In this document: piece by piece, positions 59,528 to 64,000 of the stretch | Position numbering within the stretch: position 1 is the stretch's first letter | How the letters are laid out: each line of letters begins with the position of its first letter | From: Candidatus Omnitrophota bacterium | GTDB taxonomy: Bacteria; Omnitrophota; Gorgyraeia; Duberdicusellales; 4484-171 | DNA: 64,000 nucleotides | Reading direction: 5' to 3' | Assembly: GCA_024231025.1 (NCBI GenBank) | Contig: JAAEQW010000274.1 | Span: 1,615-65,614, forward strand | Translations under genes and position numbers: made by a program | Notes under the pieces: generated by a model | Database searches by the model: none | What the model was told of the DNA's origin: nothing | What the model saw: the letters and a program-made list of their open reading frames with translations, nothing else

Positions 59528-60941
59528 AGCTACAGCAAAATAAAAAAATTCCGGCGTTACGTAGCGATTTTTTCTTATCGTGTTTAGGCTCCTCCTTTAA
59601 CCCGCTGTCCACCGCATAAGTATCGGCAGGTTTACTTTGGCGAAGAAACTCACCGTTTGCATCAATGCCTGAAATCGGTCCGTTAGCTTTAGTGGAAATA
59701 ACCGAATTGATTGGTTCTTCAACTTCTTGCAGGCATTGTTCGTTTTCTCTTGCGTCAAAACCACCGGAATAATAACGCCGGTTAATTTTGCGATTTAATT
59801 TTTCGTCAAAATCAGGTCGAATATAATTATAAACGCCCTTTTTGTAGGCCTCGACATATTGATTGTAGATCTTTTCTTTTATTTGGGGATCCGTGCCTTC
59901 GATCCCTTTGATTTTGTTTTTATCGAAATATATCTTGTCTAATATATTTTTGTTTTTATCCCGGGAGGACACAAGGCCCTCCCCTACTGAGCGGCGAAGC
60001 CGTTTTTTAAACCATGTAGCAAGGATTAAGGCATTATAAATTTGGCGCAGGCGCGCAAATTGCTGGCCCTTGTTGATTTCTTCTTCAATCACCGGCAAAA
60101 TCATTTCCTTTGCAATCTGGGCGGATAATTTGTTGATATTATGATCATTTGTAGGGGCGGACCTATGTGTCCGCCCGTTATGATTAATTATATGATTATC
60201 GTATAATTCATTATTTTGACCCGGGTCGACACATAGGTCGACCCCTACAATATTTTGTTTTTGGGCAACATAGTCACTCTCCATCATCACCTTGAAACTG
60301 CTTTCTTTAACGAAAGCGCGATTGCCTTCAACTGAAACAACTGCTTTATCGGGGATAATCCAAATTTTGTTAAAGGTATCAATCGCAATGTTGGTTGTGC
60401 CGTAAAGCTCATTAGCGCGAGCGTAAATTTTCTTCCAGAATTTTTTGCCTAAAGGGCTTTCTGGATAAGTCAAAGAAGCGGTCAATTGTTTTAAAATATA
60501 ATCCTCACCCAAAAGATCGCGCCCCATGTCAGTTAACCCTAATTCGTGAGGAGTTACTCTATCTTTCTCATAGGGAGAAAGATTCACCCATAAGTCTTGT
60601 GCTGGAGTAGTTAATGAAGCTAAAAAATATTTAATCAATCGATGTGCTTCAATCTTAAATTCCTGATCATCTACGGCAGTATCGCCCTCATCAAGAGTAA
60701 AACGAAAAGCGAAAGGATCGTTGGGAAAAAATTCTAAACCACGCAATAATATTGGATTAAAATGCGAACTAGTCTCAATAATTTTTGTTGGAGCCGACAT
60801 ATAGGGCAAGGCAGAGGCATAGCTTGTATTTGTCTTAACAAAATAGGCAGCAACCGTCGAAAACAAAATGGCTAAAATCACAAAGCCAACGATTGCCTTA
60901 AAAGAGATTGATCCTTTTTTCCGCTGTATAAAAATTCCCAT
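59484..60941 (-). CDS. Giant modular protein paralog 2, conserved N-terminal part
   Basis: Basic plus hydrophobic N-terminus; colinear with paralog 1 to the YYSGG motif; start ATG 60941 chosen by alignment. Confidence 0.85.
   Translation of the reverse strand: MGIFIQRKKGSISFKAIVGFVILAILFSTVAAYFVKTNTSYASALPYMSAPTKIIETSSHFNPILLRGLEFFPNDPFAFRFTLDEGDTAVDDQEFKIEAHRLIKYFLASLTTPAQDLWVNLSPYEKDRVTPHELGLTDMGRDLLGEDYILKQLTASLTYPESPLGKKFWKKIYARANELYGTTNIAIDTFNKIWIIPDKAVVSVEGNRAFVKESSFKVMMESDYVAQKQNIVGVDLCVDPGQNNELYDNHIINHNGRTHRSAPTNDHNINKLSAQIAKEMILPVIEEEINKGQQFARLRQIYNALILATWFKKRLRRSVGEGLVSSRDKNKNILDKIYFDKNKIKGIEGTDPQIKEKIYNQYVEAYKKGVYNYIRPDFDEKLNRKINRRYYSGGFDARENEQCLQEVEEPINSVISTKANGPISGIDANGEFLRQSKPADTYAVDSGLKEEPKHDKKKSLRNAGIFLFCCSCDGVWLRLKLERTL
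59961..59987 (-). repeat. GTAG-family REP translated inside giant gene 2
   Basis: Minus strand GTAGGGGAGGGCCTTGTGTCCTCCCGG, encoding VGEGLVSSR. Confidence 0.85.
60151..60248. repeat. REPIN translated inside giant gene 2
   Basis: Both arms are nearly identical to the intergenic REPIN 6147-6220. Confidence 0.92.
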
Positions 60942-61154
60942 AATGATATACCTGTAACTTAGACTATCATTTAAATGTAACATTTATAGGTAAGAGAAAA
61001 CCACCCAAAACGCCTAATTTTAAAGGTTTTTTGTAAACGCTTACCCATAATGCAATCTACGGTTACAGAATTAGGGAAGGGTTGACAAGGAATCGAAAAT
61101 ATGTTACTATTTTGGTGATTAGATTCCCTAAAATACAGCTTAATAGGTGACATT

Positions 61155-62276
61155 ATGCACAAAATTATAACTCGCCAAATTCAGGAAAATATCGAAAAAC
61201 ACCTTTTCAAGGGAAAAGCAATCATTCTTTACGGTGCAAGACAAACCGGAAAAACAACACTCGTTTCAATGATAAAGGAGAAACACAAAAATTCTTTATA
61301 CCTTAATTGTGACGAAATAGATATTCGAGAAAAATTAACCAAAAAAACCTCTACTGAACTTGCAACGCTAATTGGCAATAAAAAACTAGTAGTAATTGAT
61401 GAAGCCCAGCGCGTTGTTGACATTGGCTTAACAATAAAAATACTTGTTGATACAATGAAAGACACCCAAATAATCGCAACTGGCTCATCTTCCTTTGAGT
61501 TATCAGATAAAATTAAGGAGCCACTAACCGGACGCGTTTATGAATTCCATCTTTATCCTTTCAGTTTTAACGAACTAAACAGCCTCTATCAAAAACATGA
61601 ACTCGAACGCATCGTCGAGCAACGCATGGTTTACGGAATGTATCCGGAAGTTGTGCTGTCTCAGGAAAAAGAAATCCTTCTGCAACTAGCTGATAGTTAC
61701 CTGTATAAGGATATTCTTGCTTACCAAAACATCAAAAGCCATGACATACTGATTAAATTGCTTCAAGCAATTTCTTTACAAATCGGCAACGAAGTGTCTT
61801 ATAACGAGTTATCTTCAACGGTGGGTATCGATAAAAAAACTGTTGAAAACTACATAAATATTTTAGAAAAAGCGTTTATTGTTTTTCGGTTAAATCCTTT
61901 TAGCAGAAACCTGCGCAATGAGCTCAAAAAACTGCGAAAAATCTATTTCTACGATCTTGGTATAAGAAACGCACTAATAAATAATTTTAATCCTCTGGGC
62001 ATCCGTCAAGATACCGGCGCTTTATTTGAAAATTTTGTTATTGCTGAAAGAATAAAACGTAATAGCAACTTACGTCTAAGAAAGAACTTTTATTTTTGGA
62101 GAACGCATCAACAGAAAGAAATAGATTACATAGAAGAAGAAGCTGGGATATTAAAAGGTTACGAAATAAAATTTTCAAAAACTAAATTCAAGGCGCCTCA
62201 AGAATTCCTAAAAGCATACAAGGACAGTTCCGTTGAACTGGTAAACAAAAGTAATTGCTTAGAATTCATTACATAG
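61155..62276 (+). CDS. AAA_14 ATPase with DUF4143 C-terminus
   Basis: GARQTGKT, IDEAQ, TGSSS, KIYFYDLG and EIDY..E...YEIK. Confidence 0.9.
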   Translation: MHKIITRQIQENIEKHLFKGKAIILYGARQTGKTTLVSMIKEKHKNSLYLNCDEIDIREKLTKKTSTELATLIGNKKLVVIDEAQRVVDIGLTIKILVDTMKDTQIIATGSSSFELSDKIKEPLTGRVYEFHLYPFSFNELNSLYQKHELERIVEQRMVYGMYPEVVLSQEKEILLQLADSYLYKDILAYQNIKSHDILIKLLQAISLQIGNEVSYNELSSTVGIDKKTVENYINILEKAFIVFRLNPFSRNLRNELKKLRKIYFYDLGIRNALINNFNPLGIRQDTGALFENFVIAERIKRNSNLRLRKNFYFWRTHQQKEIDYIEEEAGILKGYEIKFSKTKFKAPQEFLKAYKDSSVELVNKSNCLEFIT

Positions 62277-62384
62277 ATCTCTAAGCTGTTTATTTATTGT
62301 GTTTGGATCTCTTATGTGATATAACGGGATAGATATGGCACAACAAAAATCAGCAATCTGATTGATAATTAGATAGTACATAGC

Positions 62385-62468
62385 GCGAGGGTGGCGGAAT
62401 TGGCAGACGCACTAGCTTGAGGGGCTAGCGGTAGCGATATCGTAGGGGTTCAACTCCCCTCTCTCGCA
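62385..62468 (+). tRNA. tRNA-Leu (GAG); CCA not encoded
   Basis: GCGAGGGTGGCGGAATTGGCAGACGC, anticodon arm CTAGC-TTGAGGG-GCTAG, long variable arm, GGTTCAACTCC. Confidence 0.95.
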
Positions 62469-62585
62469 TTTCTTTTTGCTAACAAACAAGGTTAACAGCG
62501 AAACAAAGCAGAACATCAATCCGGAAGGCTCTTTCGTTGGATATAATAAACCCTTCGGGCGCTCCGCTACCGCGGAGATTATACA

Positions 62586-62604
62586 CAACTCCTCTCTCGC
62601 ATTT
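62586..62604 (+). repeat. Partial duplicate of the tRNA-Leu 3' end
   Basis: CAACTCCTCTCTCGCATTT versus CAACTCCCCTCTCTCGCATTT at 62451-62471. Confidence 0.7.
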
Positions 62605-62619
62605 TTAGCCACTTTGACC

Positions 62620-62748
62620 AACTAAAAGCGAAAAACGAAGAGTGTAAAACCATAGCGTAAAATTCAAAAATAGATACACTCTTTATTCCGAAAAATAATT
62701 TTTAATTTTGAATTATGGCTTTTCATTTTTAGCTTTGCGTTTTTAGTT
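62620..62748. repeat. Imperfect AT-rich inverted array
   Basis: AACTAAAAGCG...AAAATTCAAAA facing TTTTGAATT...GCGTTTTTAGTT. Confidence 0.55.
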
Positions 62749-63388
62749 AACTAAGGAGTTCTTTTGATATGCCAATATCAACAATGAAGATTTTTCCACA
62801 TAGCAGTTTTCCTTCTTGTGTCGAAAAAGCTTTCTTTGGGGCGAGAAAACTTATTGTCACGTCAGCTTTTATTGCTGCGCCGCATATCCTACCATCATCC
62901 GGAGAAAGCCCTGATGGAATATCACATGCTACTATTTTTTTACCCGATTGATTTATCGTATTAATTACCTCTTCCAAGAACGACGGCACCTCCCCCCTAA
63001 TACCTATTCCGAGCAGTCCCTCCAAAACAAAATCTGCTTCATTTAAAAAACTAATCAGTTCTTTTGAATCCGTTGAAACAGGGATGCTAAGCTGCTCTAA
63101 AATTTGCTTCTGAAAAAACGCCTCGCTTGCCAATTCTTTTTCGGCAATAATAAGCACTTGCACCTGATACCCGCGACTTATAAGTTTACGCCCGCAAGCT
63201 AAAACATCGGCACCGTTGTTTCCTCTTCCGGAAACAACTAACACTTTTTTACCAAAATTTAATTCATCGATTATAGAAAAAAGATTACTGGAAGCATTTT
63301 CGATAAGTATGCGTTCTGACAAGCCCAGGGAAACGGCTTTTTTATCGAGGAAACGAAATTCATCTACAGATAGGCTATTTTGATCCAA
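62747..63388 (-). CDS. nnrE: NAD(P)H-hydrate epimerase (stand-alone YjeF_N)
   Basis: LIENA, GRGNNGAD, ACDIPSG and VDIGI. Confidence 0.9.
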   Translation of the reverse strand: MDQNSLSVDEFRFLDKKAVSLGLSERILIENASSNLFSIIDELNFGKKVLVVSGRGNNGADVLACGRKLISRGYQVQVLIIAEKELASEAFFQKQILEQLSIPVSTDSKELISFLNEADFVLEGLLGIGIRGEVPSFLEEVINTINQSGKKIVACDIPSGLSPDDGRICGAAIKADVTISFLAPKKAFSTQEGKLLCGKIFIVDIGISKELLS

Positions 63389-63390
63389 AA

Positions 63391-63999
63391 TTACTGAGTT
63401 TCTTCTTTTGTATCTTTTCTTTTAAAAAGATCCAAAAACCGGTCTTCATATTCCTTATAAACATTCCAACGATCAAGCTCTGCTTTAAGTTTATTGGCAT
63501 CGGTGATATCTCTTTGCGCATCTTGAAAAGATTTTTCGATTTTTTCTCTTGCTGATTGCGGTAATTTTGTGTACGCAGCTAAATCGTTTTTTATTTTGGC
63601 AATATCTTCTTCGCTTAAAGGAGAATTCCCTGAAGGAGGCTCTTCCTCGCCTTTAAGATAATTAATAAGCTTCTCTATTTCTTCCTCAATGAATTTGCTA
63701 CGCTCAATTAACGGCGAAAGGTTTAAATTGCATTTTAAAAATTTATTCACAACTCTTAAAATGTTGGTTGTAGCTTTTGGATTCTCGATTTGCACTGTAT
63801 AGAAAGGTATTTCTCCCAATAAGCAAGCGCCCTTCATTCTTTTTCTCTTTCCTACACCTAAAATTATTCCATTAAGCCCGCTGATCTGGCCTTCTTTAAG
63901 AACCTTTAATTTAATATTCTCAAAGTCTTTAAAAACCTCTTTGTGGGTTGCAACGATCCACACTGCAGGCTCTATTTTGTGATCGATCGGTTCAGGTTT
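63391..63999 (-). CDS. PAC2-family protein (5' end outside the window)
   Basis: ISGLNGIILG...GACLLGEIP...NPKA; the frame stays open to the window edge. Confidence 0.8.
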   Translation of the reverse strand, partial: KPEPIDHKIEPAVWIVATHKEVFKDFENIKLKVLKEGQISGLNGIILGVGKRKRMKGACLLGEIPFYTVQIENPKATTNILRVVNKFLKCNLNLSPLIERSKFIEEEIEKLINYLKGEEEPPSGNSPLSEEDIAKIKNDLAAYTKLPQSAREKIEKSFQDAQRDITDANKLKAELDRWNVYKEYEDRFLDLFKRKDTKEETQ

Positions 64000-64000
64000 G

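Noticed and set aside
1-64000. Alternative genetic code or stop-codon readthrough
   Set aside because: Conserved genes are full length under the standard code and end normally at TAA, TAG or TGA.

Overview
AT-rich bacterial chromosomal window using the standard code. The gene set and two very large paralogous proteins with a shared N-terminal block suggest Candidatus Omnitrophota (PVC group); this is inference, not a database result. The backbone is housekeeping: pgpA-pgsA-rimO, rodZ-ftsK-pnp-rpsO, xseAB, rlmN, accA, tsaD, ctpA, gatCAB-rpoD-dnaG, nnrE, tRNA-Met and tRNA-Leu. Signalling genes include an HD-GYP protein, a PilZ protein, a PAS hybrid kinase and a FIST-kinase-GGDEF operon. Most notable: (1) two modular giant-protein genes (<1..2919, absent from the ORF track, and 54971..60941, split by a +1 frameshift at a T7 tract) share a ~380-aa N-terminal block, carry different protease-like cargo, and contain translated REP-type palindromes at equivalent positions. 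(2) A RAYT transposase occurs with REP/REPIN copies and with RAYT 3' fragments in front of accessory genes. (3) An MlaEFD (Mce) transporter operon is bracketed by a complete partner-switching set (RsbW-STAS fusion and GAF-PP2C). (4) A bactofilin-HTH fusion is paired with a membrane-anchored HTH protein. (5) An integrase-less tRNA-Met islet carries HTH/ImmA-like, HNH and four-helix-bundle genes. No CRISPR array or rRNA was seen.
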